From assembly GCA_964016885.1 (NCBI GenBank), contig OZ024766.1, positions 17,174,001-17,238,000 on the forward strand: DNA of 64,000 nucleotides, read 5' to 3'. The stretch is from Eledone cirrhosa (taxonomy: Eukaryota). Within the stretch, counting starts at the first letter, position 1, and every line of letters begins with the position of its first letter. Positions 18,956-31,300 of this stretch are shown one piece after another. The notes under the pieces were generated by a model that worked only from the letters and a program-made list of their open reading frames with translations, was not told the origin of the DNA and made no database searches. The position numbers were made by a program, and so were the translations under genes.

Positions 18956-19452
18956 TCTATCTCTATATATATATCTGTCTGTCTCTCTCTCTCTATATAT
19001 ATATCTCTCTCTCTCTATATATATATATCTGTCTGTCTCTCTCTCTCTATATATATATATCTCTCTCTCTCTATATATATATATCTGTCTGTCTCTCTCT
19101 CTCTCTATATATATATATATGTCTGTCTCTCTCTCTATATATATATCTATCTATCTCTCTCTATATATATATCTGTCTGTCTCTCTCTCTCTCTATATAT
19201 ATATCTCTCTCTCTATATATATATATATATATCTGTCTGTCTCTCTCTCTATATATATATATCTCTCTCTCTATATATATATATATCTGTCTGTCTCTCT
19301 CTCTATATATATATATCTATCTCTCTCTCTATATATATATATCTCTCTCTCTCTATATATATATATCTGTCTGTCTCTCTCTCTATATATCTCTTGTGCC
19401 CTAGTGGCAAATAAAGAAATATATCTCTCTCTCTATCTACTTTCTCTCTATA

Positions 19453-19483
<31 letters not shown>

Positions 19484-19852
19484 CTGCCTCTCTCTCTCTA
19501 ACTATCTGTCTCTCTCTCTATCTATATATATATCTGTCTGTCTCTCTGTCTCTCTCTCTATATATATATATATATCTTATATATATATATATATCTGTCT
19601 GTCTCTCTCTCTATATATATCTATCTATCTATCTCTCTATATATATATATCTATCTATCTATCTCTCTCTCTATCTACTCTCTCTCTATATCTATATATA
19701 TCTGTCTCTCTGTATATATCTATCTATCTCTCTCTCTCTATCTACTTTCTCTCTATATCTATCTCTCTCTCTCTATCTATCTATTTTCTCTCTATATCTC
19801 TCTCTCTCGCTCTCTCTGTCTCTCTCTCTATATATATATATATATTTATATG

Positions 19853-19883
<31 letters not shown>

Positions 19884-19907
19884 CCGTCTCTCTCTCTCTA
19901 TCTACTT

Positions 19908-19944
<37 letters not shown>

Positions 19945-19987
19945 GTCTCTCTCTCTCTCTCTCCCTCTCTCTATATATATATATATG

Positions 19988-20026
<39 letters not shown>

Positions 20027-20089
20027 CCGTCTCTCTCTCTATCTACTTTCTCTCTATATATATATCCATCTATCTATCTATCTCTCTCT

Positions 20090-21182
20090 AGACGAAGAAA
20101 CCGTCGCGCACGCATTCATACACTGCCCGGGCGTTACCGACCTGTAGGGGCTATGTAGAACGACTATTGTCGCGGGTGGGACCAATCCGGTTGACCACCG
20201 AGTCCATTGTCATGATCAAACCGCCCACCCTCCTTCAAAAACGAAGGAGAGGCGGTTTTCCTATGTGTTATGGCTATGGTGAAAGAGGTTATATGGTGGA
20301 CGAGGTTAAAAGGGCTGAGGTCAGACACCTTTCTCTCCGGCCAACAACTGATTCTTTTTTTCAAATACCACTTTGGAAGAAGAATCAGGATGGAGAGAGA
20401 GGTGCTGTACCCCAGCAAGTTTTATGAAAGGTGGGTGAAAGTGGTGAGAATGGCCCGAGTGAATGGTGAATGGTTGCACATTTTTTCGGGGGTTATGTGT
20501 TACCCATATGAACTGTCTCCCCCTATTGGGGAAAATCGATTAACTTTTAAATTGCATTTATGATAGTATTTTACACGTTTTTATTGTATGTAAACTTCCC
20601 CCTTTGTATTTGTCCCCTTCTTTTGTGCCCCTGTGGCTAATAAAGAAACATAGTTATCTATCTATGTGTTATGGCTATGGCGAAAGAGGTTGTATGGTGG
20701 ACAAGGTTAAAAGGGCTGAGGTCAGACACCTTTCTCTCCGGCCAACAACTGATTCTTTTTTTCAAATACCACTTTGGAAGAAGAATCAGGATGGAGAGAG
20801 AGGTGCTGTACCCCAGGATGGAGAGAGAGGTGCTGTACCCCAGGATGGAGAGAGAGGTGCTGTACCCCAGCAAGTTTTATGAAAGGTGGGTGAAAGTGGC
20901 GAGAACGACCCGAGTGAATGGGCCTTCTCTCTATATCAGCTTGTAGGTTGAGGAAAAAGAGGAGAGGAAAGGGGTACAAACTCTTGGTACTCCTGGAGAT
21001 GAGGGTTGCACATTTTTTCGTGGGGTATGTGTTACCCATGTGTAATGTCTCCCCCTATTGGGGAAAATCGATTAACTTTTTAAATTGCATTTGTGATAGT
21101 ATTTTACACGTTTTTATTGTATGTAAACTTCCCTCTTTGTATTTGTCCCCTTCTTTTGTGCCCCTGTGGCTAATAAAGAAAC
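20090..21182 (+). mobile_element. Two tandem 5'-truncated Tx1/L1-type LINE ends (20090-20648, 20660-21182)
   Basis: Encodes DEETVAHAFIHCPG...[11 protein letters not shown]. Both end ctaataaagaaac. The second copy has a 27-bp (RMEREVLYP) triplication. Confidence 0.88.
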
Positions 21183-21217
21183 ATATCTATCTATCTATCT
21201 CTCTCTCTCTCTCTAAT

Positions 21218-21978
21218 CACATTTACAGTGTGGACTGGGTGATTTTTGTTGTGACACCTACATGACCACTTTACAGTGTGGACTGGGTACTTTTTGTCAT
21301 GACACCTACATGACCACTTTACAGTGTGGACTGGGTACTTTTTGTTGTGACACCTACATGACCACTTTACAGTGTGGACTGGGTACTTTTTGTTGTGACA
21401 CCTACATGACCACTTTACAGTGTGGACTGGGTGGTTTTTGCTGTGACACCTACATGACCACTTTACAGTGTGGACTGGGTACTTTTTGTTGTGACACCTA
21501 CATGACCACTTTACAGTGTGGACTGGGTGGTTTTTGCTGTGACACCTACATGACCACTTTACAGTGTGGACTGGGTACTTTTTGTTGTGACACCTACATG
21601 ACCACTTTACAGTGTGGACGGTGATTTTTGTTGTGACACCTACATGGCCACTTTACAGTGTGGGCTGGGTACTTTTTGTTGTGACACCTACATGACCACT
21701 TTACAGTGTGGACTGGGTACTTTTTGTTGTGACACCTACATGGCCACTTTACAGTGTGGACTGGGTACTTTTTGTTGTGACACCTACATGGCCACTTTAC
21801 AGTGTGGACTGGGTGATTTTTGTTGTGACACCTACATGACCTCTTTACTGTGTGGACTGGGTACTTTTTGTTGTGACACCTACATGACCACTTTACAGGG
21901 TGGACTGGGTGCTTTTTGTTGTGACACCTACATGACCACTTTACAGTGTGGACTGGGTGCTTTTTGTTGTGACACCTT
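21218..21978 (+). repeat. 48-bp minisatellite derived from a dispersed retroposon 3' segment
   Basis: Unit tttacagtgtggactgggtactttttgttgtgacacctacatgaccac. The monomer is homologous to 22297-22357 and 46308-46405. Confidence 0.9.
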
Positions 21979-22192
21979 TATTTACTGCTATATATATATT
22001 TCGATGATAGCCATTGAATGGCTATGACCTCATCAGGCAGTTAGTCAGTTCTTAGATATGCCAGCTCTGTGTTTATAGTGTTGATGGTATCAGAGCCTAT
22101 ATATATATATATATATATAAAGCCGTAGAGCAAATATTTATACTTTACTTAAACTTTCATCTGTTGTTATGATAAATATATATGTGTATATA

Positions 22193-22360
22193 TCATCATC
22201 ATCATTTTACGTCCGCTTTTCCCTGCTTGCAAGGGTGGGACGGGAACTGATTCTGGCTCGATTTCTACAGCTGGATACCCTTCCTAACACCAACCTCATT
22301 TACAGTGAGTGCTGGGTGCTTTTTTGCCATGGCACCTCCACGACCACTTTACAGTGGAAT
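22193..22360 (-). mobile_element. SINE/RTE-type 3' tail fragment with (GAT)n tail
   Basis: catcatcatcattttacgtccgct...ggataccc ttcctaacaccaacc, homologous to 46149-46410. Confidence 0.65.
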
Positions 22361-22374
22361 GATAGGGACCCCAG

Positions 22375-25310
22375 TTGCTGGCGGTGGTGGTGGCGGTGGT
22401 GTGGTGTTGGTGGTGGTGTTGGTGTTGTTGTTGGTGGTGGTGGTGGTGGTGGCGGTGGTGGTGTTGTTGTTGGTGTTGGTGTTGGTGTTGGTGGTGGTGG
22501 TGGTGGTGTGGTGGTGGTGGTGTTGGTGTTGGTGGTGGTGGTGTGGTGTTGGTGGTGGTGGTGGCGTGGGTGGTGGTGGTGGCGTGGTGGTGGTGGTGGT
22601 GGTGGTGGTGGTGGTGGTGGTGGTGGTGGTGGTGATGTTGGTGTTGGTGTTGGTGGTGTTGGTGGTGTTGGTGGCGGTGGTGTGGTGGTGGTGTTGGTGG
22701 TGGTGGTGGTGGCGGTGGTGTGGTGGTGGTGTGGTGGTGGTGGTGTTGGTGGTGGTGTGGTGGCGGTGGTGTGGTGGTGGTGGCGCTGTTGTTGTTGTTG
22801 TTGTTGTTGGTGGTCGCCACGGTCGTCACCAACAACACCAACAACTACACCACCACCACCAACACCCCAACCACCACCAACATAAACACCCCTCCAACCA
22901 CAACACCACTACACCACCCCCACCGCCAACGACACCACAACCCCCCCATCACCAACTACACCCCCCACCATCACCTCCACCCCATCACCTACACCACCAA
23001 CCCCAACTACACCCCCACCAACAACAACAACATTTATAAGAGAGAGAGAGAGAGAGAGAGAGAGTGAAAAGATTTTTTTAAAAAAACTTTATTTCAAAAA
23101 CCATTTGTAGAACCTCTTGCCGATGATCCACGTCGCCAAGACGACCATGGCGTTGCAGACCAGATTGTTGTGGTACCCCAGTACCAGTGGCATGGTGGTT
23201 TGGTGGTGGCGGTGGTGGTGGTGGTGGTGTTGGTGGTGTTGGTGTGGTGGTGGTGGTGGTGGTGGTGGTGTTGGTGTGGTGGTGGCGGTGTTGGTGGTGG
23301 TGGTGGTGGTGGTGTTGGTGGTGGTGGTGTGGTGGTGGTGGTGTTGGTGGTGGTGGTGGTGGCGGTGGTGGTGGTGGTGGTGTTGGTGGTGTTGGTGTGG
23401 TGGTGGTGGTGGTGGTGTTGGTGGTGGTGGTGGTGTTGGTGTGGTGGTGGCGGTGTTGGTGGTGGTGGTGGTGGTGGTGTTGGTGGTGGTGGTGTGGTGG
23501 TGGTGGTGTTGGTGGTGGTGGTGGTGGCGGTGGTGTGGTGGTGGTGGTGGTGGTGGTGGTGGTGGTGTTGGTGTGGTGGTGGTGGTGTTGGTGTGGTGGT
23601 GGCGGTGTTGGTGGTGGTGGTGTGGTGGTGGTGGTGGTGGTGGTGGTGGTGTGGTGGTGGTGGCGGCGGTGGCGGTGGTGGTGGTGTGGTGGTGGTGTTG
23701 GTGGTGGTGTTGGTGGTGGTGTTGGTGTGGTGGTGTGGTGGTGGTGTTGGTGTGGTGTTGGTGGTGGTGGTGGTGGTGGCGGTGGTGGTGGTGTGGTGTT
23801 GGTGTTGGTGTTGGTGGTGGTGTGGTGGTGGTGGTGGTGGTCGTGTGGTGGTGGTGGTGTTGGTGGCGGTGGTGGTGTTGGTGGTGGTGGTGGTGTGGTG
23901 TTGGTGTTGGTGGTGGTGTTGGTGGTGGTGTTGGTGGTGGTGGTGGCGGTGGTGTTGGTGGTGGTGTTGGTGGTGGCGGTGGTGTTGGTGGTGGTGTTGG
24001 TGGTGGTGGTGGCGGTGGTGGTGTGGTGGTGGTGGTGGTGGTGGTGGTGGTGGCGGTGGTGTGGTGGTGGTGTTGGTGGTGTGGTGGTGGCGGTGGTGTG
24101 GTGTTGGTGGTGGTGTGGTGGTGGTGGTGGTGGTGGTGTTGGTGTTGGTGGTGGTGGTGGTGTTGGTGTTGGTGGTGGTGTTGGTGGTGTTGGTGGTGGT
24201 GTGGTGGTGGTGGTGGTGGTGGCGGTGGTGGTGGTGGCGGTGTTGGTGGTGGTGGTGTGGTGGTGGTGTGGTGGTGGTGTTGGTGGTGGTGTGGTGGTGG
24301 CGGTGGTGTGGTGGTGGTGTTGGTGGTGGTGGTGGTGGTGGTGGTGGTGGCGGTGGTGGTGTGGTGGTGGTGGCGGTGGTGTGGTGGTGGTGTTGGTGGT
24401 GTTGGTGTGGTGGTGGTGGTGTTGGTGGTGGTGGTGGTGGCGGTGGTGTGGTGGTGGTGTTGGTGTTGGTGGTGGCGGTGGTGTGGTGGTGGTGGTGGTG
24501 GTGGTGGTGGCGGTGGTGTGGTGTTGGTGGTGTTGGTGTTGGTGTGGTGGTGGTGTTGTGGTGTTGGTGGTGGTGTGGTGGTGGTGTTGGTGGCGGTGGT
24601 GTGGTGGTGGTGGTGGTGGTGGTGGTGGTGGTGGTGGTGGTGTGGTGGTGGTGGTGTTGGTGGTGGTGGCGGTGGTGGTGGTGTGGTGTTGGTGGTGGTG
24701 GTGTTGGTGGTGGTGGTGGTGGTGGTGGCGGCGGTGTGGTGGTGGTGGTGGTGGTGGTGGCGGTGGTGTGGTGTTGGTGGTGGTGGTGGTGTTGGTGGTG
24801 GTGGTGTTGGTGTGGTGGTGGTGGTGGTGTGGTGGTGGTGTTGGTGTTGGTGGTGGTGGTGGTGGTGTGGTGGTGTGGTGTTGGTGTTGGTGTTGGTGGT
24901 GGTGGTGGTGGTGGTGGTGTTGGTGGTGGTGGTGGTGGTGGTGTTGGTGGTGGTGGTGGTGGTGGTGTTGGTGGTGGTGTGGTGGTGTTGGTGTTGGTGG
25001 TGGTGGTGTTGGTGGTGGTGTTGGTGGTGGTGGTGGTGGTGGTGTGGTGGTGGTGTGGTGGTGGTGGTGGCGGTGGTGTGGTGGTGGTGGTGGTGTGGTG
25101 TTGGTGTTGGTGGTGGTGTTGGTGGTGGTGGTGGCGGTGGTGTGGTGGTGGTGTGGTGGTGTGGTGGTGGTGGCGGTGGTGTTGGTGGTGTGGTGTTGGT
25201 GGTGGTGTTGGTGTTGGTGGTGGTGGTGGTGGCGGCGGTGGTGGTGTGGTGGTGGTGGTGTGGTGGTGGTGGCGCTGCTGTTGTTGGTGTTGTTGTTGTT
25301 GTTGTTCGTC
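22375..25310. repeat. (GGT/GTT)n trinucleotide-type expansions
   Basis: Direct reading of 22375-22810 and 23190-25310. Confidence 0.95.
23060..23195 (-). pseudogene. Duplicate of the TMEM11 C-terminal coding end and start of the 3'UTR
   Basis: Reads MPLVLGYHN----NLVCNAMVVLATWIIGKRFYKWFLK*, a copy of 25540-25680 with a 12-nt in-frame deletion. Confidence 0.85.
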
Positions 25311-25417
25311 ACCAACCACGCCGCCTTAAAGCCAAGCAGACGCAATGCCAACAACTTCTTCCAGGCGTCTAACAATGCCATACCACCCTTGTATGGGCTC
25401 CGCAAGGACCACGAGAG

Positions 25418-25479
<62 letters not shown>

Positions 25480-25480
25480 T

Positions 25481-25517
<37 letters not shown>

Positions 25518-25560
25518 GAGAGAGAAAGAGAGAGAGAGAAAAGATTTTTTTTTAAAAACT

Positions 25561-26611
25561 TTATTTCAAAAACCATTTGTAGAACCTCTTGCCGATGATC
25601 CACGTCGCCAAGACGACCATGGCGTTGCAGACCAGATTGCGGACCAGTTTGTTGTGGTACACCAGTACCAGCGGCATGGTGGTGGTGGTGGTGGCGGTGG
25701 TGTGGTGGTGGTGGTGGAGCTGTTGGTATTGTTGGTCGTCACCAACCGCGCCGCCTACATCATGAACTCCACTACTTCCACTGTCGTCCTCGTCCTCCTC
25801 CTCGTCGTCGTCCGAGTCAGCAGACAATGAGCCAGCCCGTTCCCCAGGGCCAACCTCCCCTGTAGCAGTAGTAGTAGTAGCAGTAGTAGTTAAACTAGTA
25901 TTATCTGTAACAGTAGTAGTACTAGTATTATCTGTAGCACTAGTTGTACTAGTATTATCTGTAGTAGTAGTAGTAGTACTATTTGAACTATTATTATCTG
26001 TAGCATTAGTTGTACTAGTTGAACTAGTATTAGTAGTAATAGTACTAGTTGAACTAGTATTATCGGTAGTAATAGTTAAACTAGTATTATCTGCAGTAGC
26101 TGCAACAGCAGCAGTAGTAGTACTAGTATTATCTGTAGCACTAGCTGCAACAACAGCAGCAGTAGTAGCAGTACTAGTACTAGTATTATCTGCAATAGCA
26201 GTGGTAGAGGTATTAGAAGCGGTGGTGGAAACATGCGCACAACTGCGATCCAGATGGTGGCCGACGTGAGTCAAAATTGATCTGAGACGAACTTCGGCTG
26301 TCACGACGTCGTATGCGGAACAGGGGTCAGTTTGCCAAGATATCGCATGTATGGCCCCGGCAAGGACACTTAAGACACCCCAAGAGCAGACGAGCAGGTC
26401 ATCGTGGGGACAGATCAGGTTGGTCAGCAGGCATCCGATGCTTGAGACGACGGCTGTGTTCTGGAACCAGTGGCCAAGAGAAATCCACCAGTGGGTTTCA
26501 GCGCCCAGTGGCATCGCATGAATTATGATTACCTTTGCCTTTCCGTAGAGTAACCGGTCCAATTCATACTCCTTCCGATCTCGCTCAAATGGACTGCCAT
26601 CATCACTGGAC
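25561..26611 (-). CDS. TMEM11: TMEM11 (mitochondrial membrane protein, PMI family) exon 2
   Basis: Acceptor ttctttatattgcag|G. EYELDRLLYGKAKVIIIHAMPLGAETHWWISLGHWFQNTAVV resembles human EYELEQALEAQYKYIVIEPTRIGDETARWITVGNCLHKTAVL. AISWQTDPCSAYDV resembles GISWQFDPCCKYQV. PLVLV...LATWIIGKRFY resembles PVVLV...AALVYCVKKIY. Confidence 0.88.
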
Positions 26612-26724
26612 CTGCAATATAAAGAAGAAATATATGTATGTATGTATGGTCCCGTAATTCCAGCTGCTCATACTGATGTTAAGGTATTGTTCTCAAACTA
26701 AATGATATCAAAATGTCATAGATT

Positions 26725-28129
26725 AGATATTAAGTGAGATATTATGTGAGGTAAAGCCTTTACTGTGACAATACAATAGTATATATAGAGTAATGTAGAT
26801 GTTATATGAGATATTATGTGAGGTGAAGCCTTTACTGTGACAATACAATAGTATATATAGAGTAATGTAAATGTTATGTGAGATATTATGTGAGGTAAAG
26901 CCTTTACTGTGACAATACAATAGTATATATAGAGTAATGTAAATGTTATGTGAGGTATTATGTGAGGTAAAGCCTTTACTGTGACAATACAATAGTATAT
27001 ATAGAGTAATGTAAATGTTATGTGAGATATTATGTGAGGTAAAGCCTTTACTGTGACAATACAATAGTATATATAGAGTAATGTAAATGTCTGAGATATT
27101 ATGTGAGGTAAAGCCTTTACTGAGACAATACAATAGTATATATAGAGTAATGTAAATGTTATGTGAGATATTATGTGAGGTAAAGCCTTTACTGTGACAA
27201 TACAATAGTATATATAGAGTAATGTAAATGTTATGTGAGATATTATGTGAGGTAAAGCCTTTACTGAGACAATACAATAGTATATATAGAGTAATGTAAA
27301 TGTTATGTGAGGTATTATGTGAGGTAAAGCCTTTACTGTGACAATACAATAGTATATATAGAGTAATGTAAATGTCTGAGATATTATGTGAGGTAAAGCC
27401 TTTACTGTGAAAATACAATAGTATATATAGAGTAATGTAAATGTTATGTGAGATATTATGTGAGGTAAAGCCTTTACTGTGACAATACAATAGTATATAT
27501 AGAATAATGTAAATGTTATGTGAGATGTTATGTGAGGTAAAGCCTTTACTGTGACAATACAATAGTATATATAGAGTAATGTAAATATTATGTGAGGTAT
27601 TATGTGAGGTAAAGCCTTTACTGTGACAATACAATAGTATATATAGAGTAATGTAAATGTTATGCGAGATATTATGTGAGGTAAAGCCTTTACTGTGACA
27701 ATACAATAGTATATATAGAGTAATGTAAATGTTATGTGAGGTATTATGTGAGGTAAAGCCTTTACTGTGACAATACAATAGTATATATAGAGTAATGTAA
27801 ATGTTATGTGAGGTAAAGCCTTTACTGTGAAAATACAATAGTATATATAGAGTAATGTAAATGTTATGTGAGATATTATGTGAGGTAAAGCCTTTACTGT
27901 GACAATACAATAGTATATATAGAGTAATGTAAATGTTATGTGAGGTATTATGTGAGGTAAAGCCTTTACTGTGACAATACAATAGTATATATAGAGTAAT
28001 GTAAATGTTATGTGAGGTAAAGCCTTTACTGTGACAATACAATAGTATATATAGAGTAATGTAAATGTTATGTGAGATATTATGTGTGGTAAAGCCTTTA
28101 CTGTGACAATACAATAGTATATATAGAGT
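26725..28129. repeat. 72-bp minisatellite (60/69-bp variants), left arm
   Basis: Unit gtaaatgttatgtgagatattatgtgaggtaaagcctttactgtgacaatacaatagtatatatagagtaat. Confidence 0.95.
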
Positions 28130-28366
28130 GGTTTCTTTATTTGCCACTAGGGCACAAAAGGTAGGGACAGATACAAGGGGGGAAGTTTACATATAATTAA
28201 CGAGTACAAAAATATAACAATGAAATAACAACAACAAACGAAGTCCTCAATAGGGAGGGGGCATTAACATGGGTCGCACACACCCCGGAAAAAATGTGTA
28301 ACCCTTCTCCTCAGGAGCACAAAGAGTAGGTGCTTCCCTCGTCTCCTCTTTTTCCTCTTCTTTCAC

Positions 28367-31300
28367 CTACAGGCTGATATAGAGAGAAGACCCATTCACT
28401 CTGGCCATTCTCCCTACTTTCACCCACCTTTCATAAAACTTGCTGGGGTAGAGCACCTCTCTCTCCATTCTGATCCTTCTTTTAAAATGGTATTTGAAAA
28501 AGGGGACCAGTTGTTGGCCGGAGAGAAAGGTGTCTGACCTCAGCCCTTTCAGCCTCGTCCACCATACAACTTCTTTAGCCATGGCTACCACACAGAGAAA
28601 AACCGCCTCTCCTTCGTTTTTGAAAGGGGGAGGCGGTTTGATCGTGACAATGGACTCGGTGGTCAACCGGATTGGTCCCACCCTCGACAGTAGTCGTTCC
28701 ACATAGCCCCACAGGTCAGCAATGCCTGGGCAGTGTACGAATGCGTGCGCAACGGTTTCGTCATCATGCACGCATCTCGGACAGATCTTATTCAAAGGAT
28801 CTCTACCCAGGCTCCCATGCCTGTGGAGCTTGTCTCGAACGGGTAGAGCCCCTCGGTAGCACTGCCAAGCCAGGGACTTTTGGAAGTTGTCCATCGGTCC
28901 AGGGCCAAACGTCCTACCGAACAGACTGGCCAGTTCATCTTCCTCCATGCCTAGAGCTTCTCCGAGAGCATCGTCGCACCTGCTGCGTACCAACCCTCTA
29001 TAGAATGTCGAGGTGGAGTCTCCACTGATTGCCGGGTCCGCTTTCCAGAGGGCCGTGAGCGCCTGGGCACATTCAATGTGCCAGTCGCCCACTTTTCTCG
29101 GTCTTTGCTTGACCCAGGATTGCAGCTCGGTGAGCGAGACGAGTCTGGGAAAGGCTCGCCTCACAAACGGGGCCCACACCGGTTGACCGGTGAGGAATAC
29201 CTGGAGGTGCCGTAGCCTTAATGCGTGTTTACGCATCTGTAGCCACGGCATCCCCAGCCCTCCTTTCGAAGGGTGTTGACAGCAGATGGATCTCCTCACC
29301 AAAGGGGTCCGCTTGTTCCAAAGAAATTGGAACAGCGCGCACTCCATTTTGGCGAGTCTTTTCACTGGGCAAGGCACGACGGTCAAGCGGTAGTAGATGA
29401 CGGATGCTATATAAGTATTCGCCACCTCCGCTCGACCTTTCAGGGATAGTTTGCACTGGGCCCACTTCTGGGTGAGTGCAAACACCCTGGCCGTTACCTC
29501 GTTCCAGTTTTTCTCCACCTGGAGGTCTGGTCCGAACCAGACCCCAAGCAGCTTCACCGGGCCCTCCGTCCAGCGTCCGACGACGTCGTTGGAGGGCATC
29601 GGTTTGCCTCTCCATGTTCCGAGTTGCAAACCGACGGACTTGTCCCGGTTCAGCTTGGCTCCTGTAAACCTTTCATATTCCTCCAGTAAGGTGCCGATCT
29701 CACCGATTTGCGAGGTTTTCGACACCATTACTGTCACGTCATCGGCGTAGGCCGACGCCGCTTTCTGCAATCCTGGTTCCAAAGGGATGCCCTGCAACCG
29801 CTCCAACTTCCGCAGTAGTGGCTCAAGAGCCAGCACATACAGTAGGGAGGAGAGAGGGCATCCCTGTCGGATGGATCGCATGATTTGGAACGGCTCCGAG
29901 AGGTGGCCGTTCACCTTGACCCTTGAGCAGACGTTGCTGCTGTGCATCGCAGCAATCCAACCCCTGAAAACGGGTCCGAAGCCTGCCGCCGCGAGCACCG
30001 CATCCAGGTAACGATGGTCAACCCTATCGAAAGCTTTAGATTGATCCAAGTTGATCAGGGCCCCACCAAAGCCGGGTTCATTCCCTACCCTCTCTATGAT
30101 GTATCGCATAAGGTGGAGATTGTCGTGAATGGACCTGGACGGGATTGCGCATGTCTGCGCTTCTCCCACCAGGTTTCCAACGACAAGCGCCAACCTCTTC
30201 GCTAACACCTTGGCCAAAATCTTTAACTCTGTATTTAGCAGAGTTATGGGCCTGAAGTTACTTATGTCATCCCCCTTGTTCTCATCCTTCCTCACCAGCG
30301 TAACTACGCCCTTGGTCACAGAACTGGGAATTCTCCCGTTCTGCTGCCAGTTGCAGTAGACCGCTTCGAGGATATCGGAGAACAAGTCCGGCATTGCTAC
30401 ATATAGCTCGTATGGTAGACCATCGAGACCCGGGGATTTGCGTTTGCCGCATTGGCTCAGCGCCGCCCCTATCTCAGCAGCTGAAATCGTCCTTTCGCAG
30501 GACTTCGCCTCCGCGTCCGAGAGGCGCGGCAGACCGTCGAGGTATGGATTGAAATCCATAGTCTCACCCGGCGCGCCGCCCCTCTCGAACAGTCGTGCAA
30601 AGTGCCGCTGAAAGGCCGCACACATCTGCCCAGGTTCAAGGATCACACGCCCATCCTGGTTCTTCAAAGACCGAATCGTGGACTTGTTCCCACTTTTTGC
30701 CTCTGTCACTCGGGCCCAGCTTACTGCTTTGGCTCCCTCATTACCCAGAGCACGTATTTTACTTCTGACAACGCAGCCTTCATGCTTCACCTCAAAGAAC
30801 TGGTCTAAGGCCATTCTTGATGCCAGCACGCCGGCTACATTGCCACTCCTAATCGCCTCTTCTACTCTATCTACTAATTCCCTTTCCGTCTTGTTCCTAT
30901 CCCTTGCTAATTCCTGACTAAAACCTATCGATTCTATTCTAATTGCTCTCTTAAGAGAGCTCCACCACCTGTTGTTGACAATTGCCCCTGTCAAACTCTG
31001 CTTAACTAACGTGCTAATCCGTTTACTGTAAGCTTTGCTTCTCGGTAAGGACAAGTTCAGCTTCCAGTAACCGGGTCCCTGTCTATGGGTTCTATCAAGG
31101 TTGGCTATGCAGGTCACTAACTTGTGATCCGAATAGTCAACCATGAACATTTTTGGACAGCTAAATGTGTCCCTATCGTTCTCTCTAACTAGGACCCTAT
31201 CTAGGTACGACCTAGATGTTCCACTGCGATTGGTCCACGTCCATAGTGGTACAGTCGGAAAATCTAGTCGATATCTATCGGCCAGGTCAAATCGGCCGAT

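Noticed and set aside
25330-25412. Short unique segment (RRNANNFFQASNNAI..LYG) as an exon
   Set aside because: It is too short, has no splice signals, and only weakly resembles LINE ORF2 linker sequence.
26723-28147. 474-aa and 422-aa repeat ORFs (YCHSKGFTSHNI), and the C-rich MTTLQCGLG ORFs
   Set aside because: They arise from satellite units whose length is a multiple of 3. They have no splice or homology support.
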